Positions 1 to 8,932 of a DNA stretch of 64,000 nucleotides are shown in pieces (the stretch's first letter is position 1; each line of letters starts with the position of its first letter). The DNA is from Candidatus Woesearchaeota archaeon (GTDB taxonomy: Archaea; Nanobdellota; Nanobdellia; Woesearchaeales; UBA119). A program made the position numbers and the translations under genes. The notes under the pieces were generated by a model. That model saw only the letters and a list, made by a program, of their open reading frames with translations, was not told the DNA's origin and searched no databases. The stretch lies in assembly GCA_030156615.1 (NCBI GenBank), contig JASGME010000003.1:7574-71573 (forward strand), read 5' to 3'.

Positions 1-313
1 CTCATTAAATTCATGGGAGGAAAGAGAGATAGAATCCATTGGGAAAATTCAGGGCCTTAAAGAAGGGGTATATAAAGTGAATCTTACTGTTCATTACGAC
101 AATGCATCTTCAAGTATAACTAAAGATGTTAAATTTTCCATTGAGAAGCCAAAAGAAGAAGCGGTTTCTGAAGTCCAAACTGTTCCATTACAAAACAGTA
201 ATACAAAAATCCCGCCATTGGCAATAGCCATGTTTACATTCAGCATCATAATTCTAGTTTATGTTTTCATATTACTTAGAAAACAGAAGGATTTGAATAC
301 AAGCGATTTGTGA
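1..313 (+). CDS. C-terminal fragment of a membrane-anchored surface protein (5' end outside window)
   Basis: Frame is open from position 2 (SLNSWEEREIESIG...) through the 77..313 ORF; beta-rich segment then hydrophobic helix LAIAMFTFSIIILVYVFILL and basic tail. Confidence 0.75.
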   Translation, partial: SLNSWEEREIESIGKIQGLKEGVYKVNLTVHYDNASSSITKDVKFSIEKPKEEAVSEVQTVPLQNSNTKIPPLAIAMFTFSIIILVYVFILLRKQKDLNTSDL

Positions 314-317
314 TAAA

Positions 318-740
318 ATGAAGAAGGTTTATTGGATAATATTGCTCTTTGTATGCCTTTTTTGGTTTTTTGTCTATATAAATCTACCGGATGTTGTTGA
401 AACCTATGCAATAGAGGCATCTGCAAATTTAACTATGAAGAAGGTTGGAATAGATGTTGATGATTCAAGGTTTTCTTTCGGTTCTGTTCCTTTAGGAGGA
501 ACCTCTAAACGATATGCAAACATTTCAAATCTTTATCAGTTTCCGATTCGTGTTGAAATCTATACAAAAGGCAATATTAGTCCTTTCTTGTTTGCTTCTT
601 CAAATGAATTTGATCTGATGCCGAATGAAACCAAAAGGATAAATCTAACTTTTATCCCTCCTTTAGATGGGATAAATGAAACTCAATTGCCTATTTTCTA
701 CGAAGGCGAGGTCATCTTTAAATATATTAAGAAAAATTAA
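318..740 (+). CDS. Small N-terminally anchored extracellular protein, Ig-like beta fold, unknown function
   Basis: N-terminal hydrophobic helix (VYWIILLFVCLFWFFVYI), beta-rich body, several NxS/T sequons. Confidence 0.7.
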   Translation: MKKVYWIILLFVCLFWFFVYINLPDVVETYAIEASANLTMKKVGIDVDDSRFSFGSVPLGGTSKRYANISNLYQFPIRVEIYTKGNISPFLFASSNEFDLMPNETKRINLTFIPPLDGINETQLPIFYEGEVIFKYIKKN

Positions 741-770
741 AGGGAAAGAGGAAAACGAAGAGTTTTTATA

Positions 771-3700
771 TTGCGATTCTATTGGAGAAATATCGTGGTA
801 GAAAGAAAAAAGAGAGCCCCTTTTAAAAGAATTAACAACAGAACTCTTCTTGTTTTGGTAGTTGCCCTTCTCCTGGCAACTTTTTTCTCCCAATTTCTTA
901 TTATAAATTCTCTTTTTGAAAAATCTGCTATTACCGGGCTGTCATTTTCTTCAGGAGAGATAAGGATGTGTGTGCTCTCTGAAGAAACTGCTTATGAATT
1001 TGAACGTCCAAAATCTTATGGGGTTATGAGGAAAGATGAATATGGGAATTATATGCTTAATCTAAGTAAGGTAACGGCTCCATTTCAATCCGAATATAAT
1101 TTCACATATTTAATAAAGTACTCAATCCTTGAAGAAGATTCAATTCTTCTTGGGCAATATGAAGCACCTCAAGGTTCAGCTTTTCTAACCCCCTCAATTC
1201 GTATTGCTGATCTTGAAGATAGAAATTGCGAGTATTCTTTGTATTATTACTCCAATCCAGATGAGGAATGCAGTAATATAGCAAATGTGGAGCATATTAG
1301 TGTAGATAATAATCCTCTACCTCCTATATGGGAAACATATAAAAATGAGAATTCAACAAACTTTAGTCAGTATAATTCTCCGCCGGACTTCTGGACAGCA
1401 ATCACAAACGCTACTCTTTATCATCCTCTTTATGGAAGTTTAAATTTCACTCCCTACACACTAAACTTTGATTCTGCAAACCTTGATGAAGGTACTGTCT
1501 TCTCACAGAATAAGCTTAATTTCTCAGAGAAAACCAGCCATTGCCTTAACTTTCCTGCATATCTTGAATTCAGGAACATTTCAATGTACTATCCTCTTTT
1601 GATGAGAAATGACATAGATTGTATATCTTCTCAAGAATGCTATTTTATTTCCTATAATAAAACAGAAGGAATCTATAGGGCATATATTCCCGGATTTGGC
1701 GAATATGAACTTGTTGAGAATGCAACTGTAATGCTTGAAATTTGGGATGATAATGATGAAAAAGGGGGGATGCTCAATAAAACAGTTGGAGAATCAGTTA
1801 ATTTCTTTGCTAATCTTACTGCAGAGAATGAGACAGTTGTAGCTGACGGAGTTTTCTGTAATTATTCCATATATGATTCTTATGAAAACCAAATCGCTTA
1901 TGGCGATGCTATTTACAATTCCTCCTCTTCATTGTATGAATTCAATCATACTTTTGATTCTAACGGAGTTTACACATGGAAGGTTTTTTGTTCCGCAGAT
2001 GCATTAGATTTAGGCAATGCAACTGCCGTTGATGATATTGAACTGAAATTTAACCCAGTCATATTCTCACATTGGACAGATTTGGATGAATCTGGTGGAA
2101 TTCAGATAAAGTATTCTAAACAGCCAGTTGGTTTTTATTCAGTTTATCTTGATGCTAAAACAAAAGAGCCAATAAATAAAACCACATCTAATTGTACTCT
2201 TTTTTTAAATAATCTTTCTCAGGGACGTTGGGTAGTAGATGAAAACTCAACATCATTGTTGATGGAATATTCAAACGAAACAGAGGAATACGAAACAACA
2301 TTCACTTTTCAATATCCGGGAGAATATCCATATTCAATTGTTTGCCAGGATTATCCATACCATGAGAACGGAACAGGTAGCGGCGTCGTAAGCATAAAAA
2401 ATAGACTTCCTGTTCTAATCGCTAATATATCTAATGTAACTATTCAACAAGGCTTTTCAACAACATTTGTAGATCTTGATAATCATTTTATTGATCCAGA
2501 TGGAGAACTGATAACTTTTTCATCATCATTTAATCCATACCTCAATGTGTTTATTTCTGAAGACAATAGAGTTACAATTATTGCAGGGACAGCATTCGAA
2601 GGAAATACCACACTTACATTTTTTGCTCAGGATTATACTCAAATTAAAGTGCCGTCAAACGAGATTACTGTTTTTGTATTACCTTCACAATACAAGAACG
2701 ACACTGAGCCATCAACTTCATCTTCTGAAGGAGAGCCGGGTTATATTGTTGCATGTAGAGAAAGATGGGTCTGTTCTGATTGGTCTCAATGTTATCCAGA
2801 CAGCTATATGTACAGAACCTGTGTTGATATGAATAATTGTGATACTCTATTAAGAAGACCAAAACTGAAAATGGAGTGTAATTATACTGGAACCTGTTTT
2901 GATGGCATTCAGAATCAGGGTGAAGAAGGAGTAGATTGTGGCGGTCCCTGTCCTCCCTGTCCTACTTGTTTTGATGGCATACAGAATCAGGGTGAAGAAG
3001 GCATAGATTGTGGCGGTCCCTGCTCTCCATGCCCAAGCTGTTTTGATGGCATTCAGAATCAGGGTGAAGAAGGCATAGATTGTGGCGGTCCCTGCCCTCC
3101 TTGTGGCATTCTAGAAGCGCCAATGACATTAAGAACTCCTCTTGAAGATTATCTCACAGAGATATCTATGATATCTGCACTTTTCATGGCTATTATGTTT
3201 TTCCTCTTAAACTTCTTTAATGAGATTAAGAATGCTATAAAAAGATTCTTTTCGTATATCAAAAAAATCGTGAAATCATATAGTTCAAGCGAGATCTCTA
3301 TTGTTGACATAGAGGATTACCTATTGAAGAATCTTGATAAAATACAAAATGAGGTATCTCTTAGTGAAAATAAAAGCCTCCTTGCAGAGCTAACTCGTCT
3401 GTATCGTTTTTTCATAAAGTATGTATTTAATCTTAGACTTGAGTTTACAATTGATGAGCTTAAAGAGTTCTTAAGGACTCAATCTGTTCCATCTTCAAAG
3501 AAAACAATTTATATTGCTTATCTTAAAGCATTAAACGAAAAAGGCTATAGCAATGAAGAAATCAGCAATGAAACAATAGAGAGATTCATCTCGCAATTTA
3601 AAAAAATCATTGAAACAAGCAGGGATCTTATAAGTAGGGCTGATTTATTGAGGCAAGAAGAGGAGATTATAAAGAGGTTGAATTTATTCCCATGGCGCAG

Positions 3701-3989
3701 AAGATTCCTAAACAAAAAACTCAGAATAGAGATAGAATCACACATATACAAGAATCTTGCTTTTATCAGAACTGCAATAGGAAACAAAGATAGCATAGGG
3801 GCTGCAGAGGAATACGAACTTGCTCGCATATTAGTTTATCTTTTACCTAAAAAATACAGAAAAAAATTCATCTCTTCTTTAGCAAATTATCATTCAGAGA
3901 TATCAGAAATGGAAAAAACCGGTAATGCTCAAAAGAGTAATCAAGATAAAAATGAAGCAAAGAATAAAAAGAAAAATAATAAAAGATAG
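771..3989 (+). CDS. Large surface glycoprotein/adhesin with TSP1-like motif, three Cys-rich repeats, second TM helix and about 250-aa cytoplasmic tail
   Basis: 1072-aa ORF (likely start GTG 795 after GGAG); N-terminal TM, Ig-like repeats, CRERWVCSDWSQC, 3x CFDGIQNQGEEG(V/I)DCGGPC, TM ISMISALFMAIMFFLLNFF, then charged helical tail. Confidence 0.85.
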   Translation: MRFYWRNIVVERKKRAPFKRINNRTLLVLVVALLLATFFSQFLIINSLFEKSAITGLSFSSGEIRMCVLSEETAYEFERPKSYGVMRKDEYGNYMLNLSKVTAPFQSEYNFTYLIKYSILEEDSILLGQYEAPQGSAFLTPSIRIADLEDRNCEYSLYYYSNPDEECSNIANVEHISVDNNPLPPIWETYKNENSTNFSQYNSPPDFWTAITNATLYHPLYGSLNFTPYTLNFDSANLDEGTVFSQNKLNFSEKTSHCLNFPAYLEFRNISMYYPLLMRNDIDCISSQECYFISYNKTEGIYRAYIPGFGEYELVENATVMLEIWDDNDEKGGMLNKTVGESVNFFANLTAENETVVADGVFCNYSIYDSYENQIAYGDAIYNSSSSLYEFNHTFDSNGVYTWKVFCSADALDLGNATAVDDIELKFNPVIFSHWTDLDESGGIQIKYSKQPVGFYSVYLDAKTKEPINKTTSNCTLFLNNLSQGRWVVDENSTSLLMEYSNETEEYETTFTFQYPGEYPYSIVCQDYPYHENGTGSGVVSIKNRLPVLIANISNVTIQQGFSTTFVDLDNHFIDPDGELITFSSSFNPYLNVFISEDNRVTIIAGTAFEGNTTLTFFAQDYTQIKVPSNEITVFVLPSQYKNDTEPSTSSSEGEPGYIVACRERWVCSDWSQCYPDSYMYRTCVDMNNCDTLLRRPKLKMECNYTGTCFDGIQNQGEEGVDCGGPCPPCPTCFDGIQNQGEEGIDCGGPCSPCPSCFDGIQNQGEEGIDCGGPCPPCGILEAPMTLRTPLEDYLTEISMISALFMAIMFFLLNFFNEIKNAIKRFFSYIKKIVKSYSSSEISIVDIEDYLLKNLDKIQNEVSLSENKSLLAELTRLYRFFIKYVFNLRLEFTIDELKEFLRTQSVPSSKKTIYIAYLKALNEKGYSNEEISNETIERFISQFKKIIETSRDLISRADLLRQEEEIIKRLNLFPWRRRFLNKKLRIEIESHIYKNLAFIRTAIGNKDSIGAAEEYELARILVYLLPKKYRKKFISSLANYHSEISEMEKTGNAQKSNQDKNEAKNKKKNNKR
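2895..3104 (+). repeat. Three tandem 72-bp in-frame repeats encoding Cys-rich 24-aa units
   Basis: Units start at 2895, 2967, 3039 (tgttttgatggcat.cagaatcagggtgaagaagg..tagattgtggcggtccctg), nearly identical at DNA level. Confidence 0.95.
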
Positions 3990-4013
3990 TTTGGTTTAAA
4001 TATTTTAAAATAT

Positions 4014-4023
4014 TACTGACAAG
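4014..4023 (+). promoter_or_regulatory. TACTGACAAG motif about 11 nt downstream of a TATA-like box, upstream of the cadherin-like gene
   Basis: Same 10-mer occurs at 8883-8892 (minus) upstream of the 216-aa gene at similar TATA spacing. Confidence 0.35.
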
Positions 4024-4050
4024 TAGGATAAATCGAGTAAAGGGATAAGA

Positions 4051-7000
4051 TTGGAAATCGAAAAAGAATACCTGATTATTGCAGGAATCGTTGTTATTTT
4101 GCTTTTAATAGCTTTTACTATAAACTTGTCTATGGAAAATGCTATAACTGGCTTCTACACTTTGCAGGAATGTGAAGCCATGTGTACAGGAAACACTCAA
4201 CCATACATCTCTCCGAGTTTTCCAAGGACATATAACCTTCTTGAAGATGAAGAATATTTGATAGAGATCATCGGGATTGATGCCGAGGGAGATGATATTT
4301 ATTATACAACAGATGAATCAAAGGGAACATGGGATTCATTGTTCCTATATCCAAATGGAACAATGAATATTACGCCTACTAATGATGATGTTGGGAGGAA
4401 GAGCATCTTTATAATTCCTCTCGATATCTGCAGCGATCCGGATGAGTGTGCCCAGACTCCTGATTTAACCACTTCTGCAATTACATTTTACATAGAGAAT
4501 GTTAATGATCTTCCTTTTGTTGTGGAAGCAAATCCAGAAGCAGGTTCTGGTTTTACAGGTGCAGAAAATCATTCTCTTTCCTTCAATGTAACTATTGCTG
4601 ATGATGATTATAGCATTGCAGATGAATACTATAATGAATCTTTTAATTATTCTTTTATTTTGGACGGAGCAATCAATTATTCTGAAACTCTGGTTAAATC
4701 ATTAGAATTCAGCTGGACGTATGAACCTGGTTGGTATGATGCAGGAGAACATAATGTGACATTTTTGGTTTATGATTACGAAGGCGCAAATGCATCATAT
4801 GAATGGATTTTTTATGTAAATAATACGAATCGTATTCCTCTTCAGAATGCAACACTGCCCAATATAACTTGGGAAGAGGATACTAATTCAACACCGCTTC
4901 TTTTAAATTACTACTTCTATGATTTGGATTTAGATGACTTTTTGAATTATTCAGTAAATGTTTCCTCAGGGATTAATTACTCTGTTTATCAGGATGAAGG
5001 CATGAGTTACATTAAATTTATTCCATTAAAAGACTGGTTTGGCAATCAAACAGTTGTAATGAATGTTTCAGACGGCTATGATTTCATTCTCAGCAATCAA
5101 TTTATCCTGAATGTGACAAATGTTAATGATCCTCCAATAATAGAAGAAATTCCAGATTTGTCAACGGCATCTGGCTATCTTTTTGAATATCCGGTTAATG
5201 CCACAGATCCTGATAATGACGCAATTGAGTATGGTCTCTTTGGAAATCCTTCGTGGCTTTCAATTTCAGAAGATGGAATTATAAATGGAACTCCTCCTGT
5301 TGGGGAAGAAGGAACATATATATTCAATGTTAGAGCAATGGACCCTTATTCAGCCTATTCTCTTGAAGAAGTTAAGCTGAATGTATTCTATGATCAGCCT
5401 CCTGTATTTGATGATATTGAGCATATTAACACAACAGAAGGGAATCTAACGAGGATAAATGTTTCTGTCAGGGATCCTGACGGGGATTCTTTTGAAGTAA
5501 TCTCTGATTTTAATTATGCTTTATACAAGTTTAACGATACTTTGTATTATTACAATTTTACCCCGAAGCAAATTGATGTTGGGGAGCATGTAGTGAGGCT
5601 AAATGCTACAGATTCATGGGGCTTGAAATCAACATATTCTTTTAACCTTACAGTTCTTGATAAAAACTTTCCTCCGGAATTAGATGAAGTTGGAGATCAG
5701 GTAGCTAAGATAGGAAAGGCCTATTTTTTTGATATTAATGCTACTGATCCAGATGATGATCCTTTGTACTACGATATTAATCTTAGTTTTGTTTCTATAG
5801 ATCATAGCACAGGCATTATAACCTATTCAGGAAGTTCAGAACATGAAGGGACATATGTCGTTAATGTATCTGTAGAAGATCCTGCTGGAGAGGTAGATTA
5901 TGAACTTATAAACTTCACAGTAACATATAATCGTCCTCCTGACTTAGAGGAGCTTGGCTATTTTGAGATTGAAGAGGATGTTGAATGGATAAAACAGATT
6001 AAGGCAACTGATCCCGATAATGACGAGCTATCTTTTGAGGCAAATGCCAGCATTGGCCTTAACTCATCAACAGGATTAATAAATTATACTCCTCCTTTGC
6101 CCGGTCTTTTCCATTACAATATAACTGTTCATGATGAAGATATGGCTTTTGATTCTTCTTTGTTAATCCTTAATGTTACCCCTTTCAATGATCCTCCGTA
6201 TATTAACACTTCCAACTTAAACATTACAACTATGGAAGAAAACGAGACAATAATATATGTAGAATATTTTGATGAGGAAGGAGCAGAAATAATCCTTTAT
6301 GATAATACTACTGATTTTGACTTCATAAAAATAAACAACACTTTGGGCAAGATTAATTATACGCCAATGGAACAAGGGAATTATTCATATCTATTGATTG
6401 CTTCAGATGGAGATAAAAATGGAACTGCAGTTCTTAATGTTAGCGTTTTGCCTTATAATCATCCTCCTGAGTTATATTCATATTCTCCTTCATTATTTGT
6501 CCCTGCTGTTGAGAGAGATGTATTGAATTTCTCAGTAGTTGTTCATGATCCGGATGGGGATGAACTAACCTTTAGATGGAAGTTTGATGATGTAGAACTT
6601 GACAATAACAAAGAAAATCTTTCTTATACTCTTGGCTGGTATGATGCAGGAACTCATGAATTGAGATTGGAAATAACAGATGCATTCAATCAACCAGCAA
6701 ATTCAACTCCGCTGTCTTGGTACCTTGTTGTAGAGGATCTTAATCGCCCTCCGGTCTATGGCAAACGAGTTTTTGATAACTTCTCTTCAGGAACATTTGA
6801 TAATTGTGTTAATGGAAGTTTGAAGCTTCTTAATGATTCAGACGGATTGTATCCTTTATCTGGTACATATATTACTCCAAGGATAGATTTCTTTGATGAG
6901 GGCTTTATACATTTTGACAGGATTGAAGCTGCTGTAAATCTAACAAGCAAGACCAACATCTCATTTGAATATAAAAAATCATTGAACAATCCTCCGATTG

Positions 7001-8223
7001 AGTTTGCAGATACTATAATGTGGGGAAGTTGGCAGCCCATTCCTCTTACATATCAGGATGCTAATCATTCAACTTTTACCTTCAATGGGAGCAATATTCA
7101 AAATGTAACAGAGAATTCAAAATATTTTCAGTTTAGAATCACCTTAAACACGACTGAAAGGACAGAAACGCCTATCCTGCATAACTTTACATTGTATTAT
7201 AATATTGCAGAGACATCAATTGATCAGGGCTCGTATGGAAATCGTTGGATAACACCAGAAAACTTTTTCATAGAGCATGATTTGGATAATGAGCTTAGCT
7301 ATTCTGCAACATCTGAATATGGTAAGGTTGTTGCATATTTTCCTGAAGGGCTGTCGTATGCCAAGATTGAACCGATAAATGATGAGTTTGTAGGTGAGGA
7401 CTTTATTACTGTCAGCGCTTCTGATGGCATTGCTTCTGTTTCTAGCGATCCTGTTAAGATTAATGTTGTGAAGAAAAATACAACTGGTCTAACAACGCAG
7501 TATCTAATCCAGACAAGAACAGAGACTGTAACGAGGTTTGTGCCAAAAACAGAGGAAGTTCCTGTGTATGAAGAATTTAATCTTTTGGTGCCTCAGAGTA
7601 TGACTCTGTATGAAAACGATACTGTAATTGTACCAATTTTATTAGACAATAGCGGAAACGATACTTTGTATGATGTCCAGCTGTATGCCGAAACAAATAT
7701 GAGCAATGTAGATTTCTACTTTACTAAAGATTACTTCCCTCAGATCCTTGCAGGCACAAAGGAAAACACATCATTGATAGTAACATCGTATAAAACAAGA
7801 GGCAAATATGATATTGTAATAAGAGCGGAATCAAAAGAGCCAGAATTCAATGACACTGCAAAGCTGATGATGGCCACAATAGAAGCAGGCGAGTACAATG
7901 AAACACAGATAAATACAAAGATAGCATCTACTAAAGATTTGATAAACGATAATCAAGAATGTATTGAATTCAGTGAGATGGTTAGGATGGCTGAGAGTTA
8001 TGTTGCCTCCGGTAATGTTGAAAAGGCAAACCAAATCCTTGATTCAGCTGTGGAAAGTTGTAAATATCTTATAACAAATGATCAGATTCTGAGGGAAAGT
8101 CCTATGCCTCAAAGAACCATGCGGGAAGAAAATCCTCTTATGTTCTTCGGGGTTGTTCTAATGATTGCAATCATTGTTCTCTTAGTAATACTATACTACA
8201 CAAAGTTTTCAACTAAGAAGTAA
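4051..8223 (+). CDS. Giant cadherin-like/Ig-like repeat surface protein with N- and C-terminal membrane anchors
   Basis: 1390 aa; repeated (N)xxP linkers (NVNDLP, NVNDPP, NFPP, NRPP, NDPP, NHPP) and DPDND/DPDGD/DPDDD Ca-binding-type motifs about every 90-100 aa; terminal TM FFGVVLMIAIIVLLVILYY. Confidence 0.85.
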   Translation: MEIEKEYLIIAGIVVILLLIAFTINLSMENAITGFYTLQECEAMCTGNTQPYISPSFPRTYNLLEDEEYLIEIIGIDAEGDDIYYTTDESKGTWDSLFLYPNGTMNITPTNDDVGRKSIFIIPLDICSDPDECAQTPDLTTSAITFYIENVNDLPFVVEANPEAGSGFTGAENHSLSFNVTIADDDYSIADEYYNESFNYSFILDGAINYSETLVKSLEFSWTYEPGWYDAGEHNVTFLVYDYEGANASYEWIFYVNNTNRIPLQNATLPNITWEEDTNSTPLLLNYYFYDLDLDDFLNYSVNVSSGINYSVYQDEGMSYIKFIPLKDWFGNQTVVMNVSDGYDFILSNQFILNVTNVNDPPIIEEIPDLSTASGYLFEYPVNATDPDNDAIEYGLFGNPSWLSISEDGIINGTPPVGEEGTYIFNVRAMDPYSAYSLEEVKLNVFYDQPPVFDDIEHINTTEGNLTRINVSVRDPDGDSFEVISDFNYALYKFNDTLYYYNFTPKQIDVGEHVVRLNATDSWGLKSTYSFNLTVLDKNFPPELDEVGDQVAKIGKAYFFDINATDPDDDPLYYDINLSFVSIDHSTGIITYSGSSEHEGTYVVNVSVEDPAGEVDYELINFTVTYNRPPDLEELGYFEIEEDVEWIKQIKATDPDNDELSFEANASIGLNSSTGLINYTPPLPGLFHYNITVHDEDMAFDSSLLILNVTPFNDPPYINTSNLNITTMEENETIIYVEYFDEEGAEIILYDNTTDFDFIKINNTLGKINYTPMEQGNYSYLLIASDGDKNGTAVLNVSVLPYNHPPELYSYSPSLFVPAVERDVLNFSVVVHDPDGDELTFRWKFDDVELDNNKENLSYTLGWYDAGTHELRLEITDAFNQPANSTPLSWYLVVEDLNRPPVYGKRVFDNFSSGTFDNCVNGSLKLLNDSDGLYPLSGTYITPRIDFFDEGFIHFDRIEAAVNLTSKTNISFEYKKSLNNPPIEFADTIMWGSWQPIPLTYQDANHSTFTFNGSNIQNVTENSKYFQFRITLNTTERTETPILHNFTLYYNIAETSIDQGSYGNRWITPENFFIEHDLDNELSYSATSEYGKVVAYFPEGLSYAKIEPINDEFVGEDFITVSASDGIASVSSDPVKINVVKKNTTGLTTQYLIQTRTETVTRFVPKTEEVPVYEEFNLLVPQSMTLYENDTVIVPILLDNSGNDTLYDVQLYAETNMSNVDFYFTKDYFPQILAGTKENTSLIVTSYKTRGKYDIVIRAESKEPEFNDTAKLMMATIEAGEYNETQINTKIASTKDLINDNQECIEFSEMVRMAESYVASGNVEKANQILDSAVESCKYLITNDQILRESPMPQRTMREENPLMFFGVVLMIAIIVLLVILYYTKFSTKK

Positions 8224-8863
8224 TCTCTTTATAGAGTTCATTAATCTCCCTCTTCAGGTTAGAATTTTCCTCTTTTGATTTTCCAACTAAATCAACCAAC
8301 TTGTTATAGCATTTGGCTGCCTGCTTTATATCGCCAGACTCAATGAAGCCGTAAGCTTTTATTATTAATCTCCTTGCTTTTAAAACAATCTTTTGTTCTT
8401 TTCTTTTTCTTCTTTCTTCTAAAAATTTTTTTAATTTAGATGTTTTATCATTTTTTTTCTGAGCAATATTTTCGTTTATTTTCTTTTCTTCGTATTCTTT
8501 TTTTAAGCTCATTACAATTCTCTGAAATTCATCAGAAAGATCATAAAGCGAGGTATTGTCTTTTGAAGGGGCAAACTTCATATTGAAAAGTTTATCGTTG
8601 AATTCCATTACATCCTTCCTTGTATTTTCAGAGATCTTATGTTGTTTTAATCTTTCATCAATCTCTTTAGACGAGAATTCCCCTTTTAATCCTAAATTTT
8701 CAGCGTAAAATCTCCTGACGAGCTGTGTGAAATTAATGAGCCAGTCCTGATTCTTTATCTTTGGAATCCTCCTCCTTAAATACCTAATGTCCTCGAGAAT
8801 TTTCCCTGAATCTTCAAAAGCCCTGTCTTCTTCCATCTTCTTGTTGAATTGTTTTTTTCTCAT
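8213..8863 (-). CDS. Soluble helical protein, apparent paralogue of the cytoplasmic tail of 771..3989
   Basis: 216-aa charged helical ORF, no TM; segment FTQLVRRFYAENLGLKGEFSSKEIDERL aligns by eye with LTRLYRFFIKYVFNLRLEFTIDELKEFL. Confidence 0.75.
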   Translation of the reverse strand: MRKKQFNKKMEEDRAFEDSGKILEDIRYLRRRIPKIKNQDWLINFTQLVRRFYAENLGLKGEFSSKEIDERLKQHKISENTRKDVMEFNDKLFNMKFAPSKDNTSLYDLSDEFQRIVMSLKKEYEEKKINENIAQKKNDKTSKLKKFLEERRKRKEQKIVLKARRLIIKAYGFIESGDIKQAAKCYNKLVDLVGKSKEENSNLKREINELYKEITS

Positions 8864-8882
8864 TTATCAATTCTGTTTTTTC

Positions 8883-8892
8883 CTTGTCAGTA
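8883..8892 (-). promoter_or_regulatory. TACTGACAAG motif (second copy) upstream of the 216-aa gene
   Basis: cttgtcagta on plus strand; TATA-like box at 8903-8910. Confidence 0.35.
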
Positions 8893-8932
8893 GTAAATAA
8901 ACTATTTAATTCTTCCTTTGTATTTCCCGAAT

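Noticed and set aside
2895-3104. Regularly spaced repeats as a CRISPR array
   Set aside because: Contiguous 72-bp units with no unique spacers, in frame within a CDS
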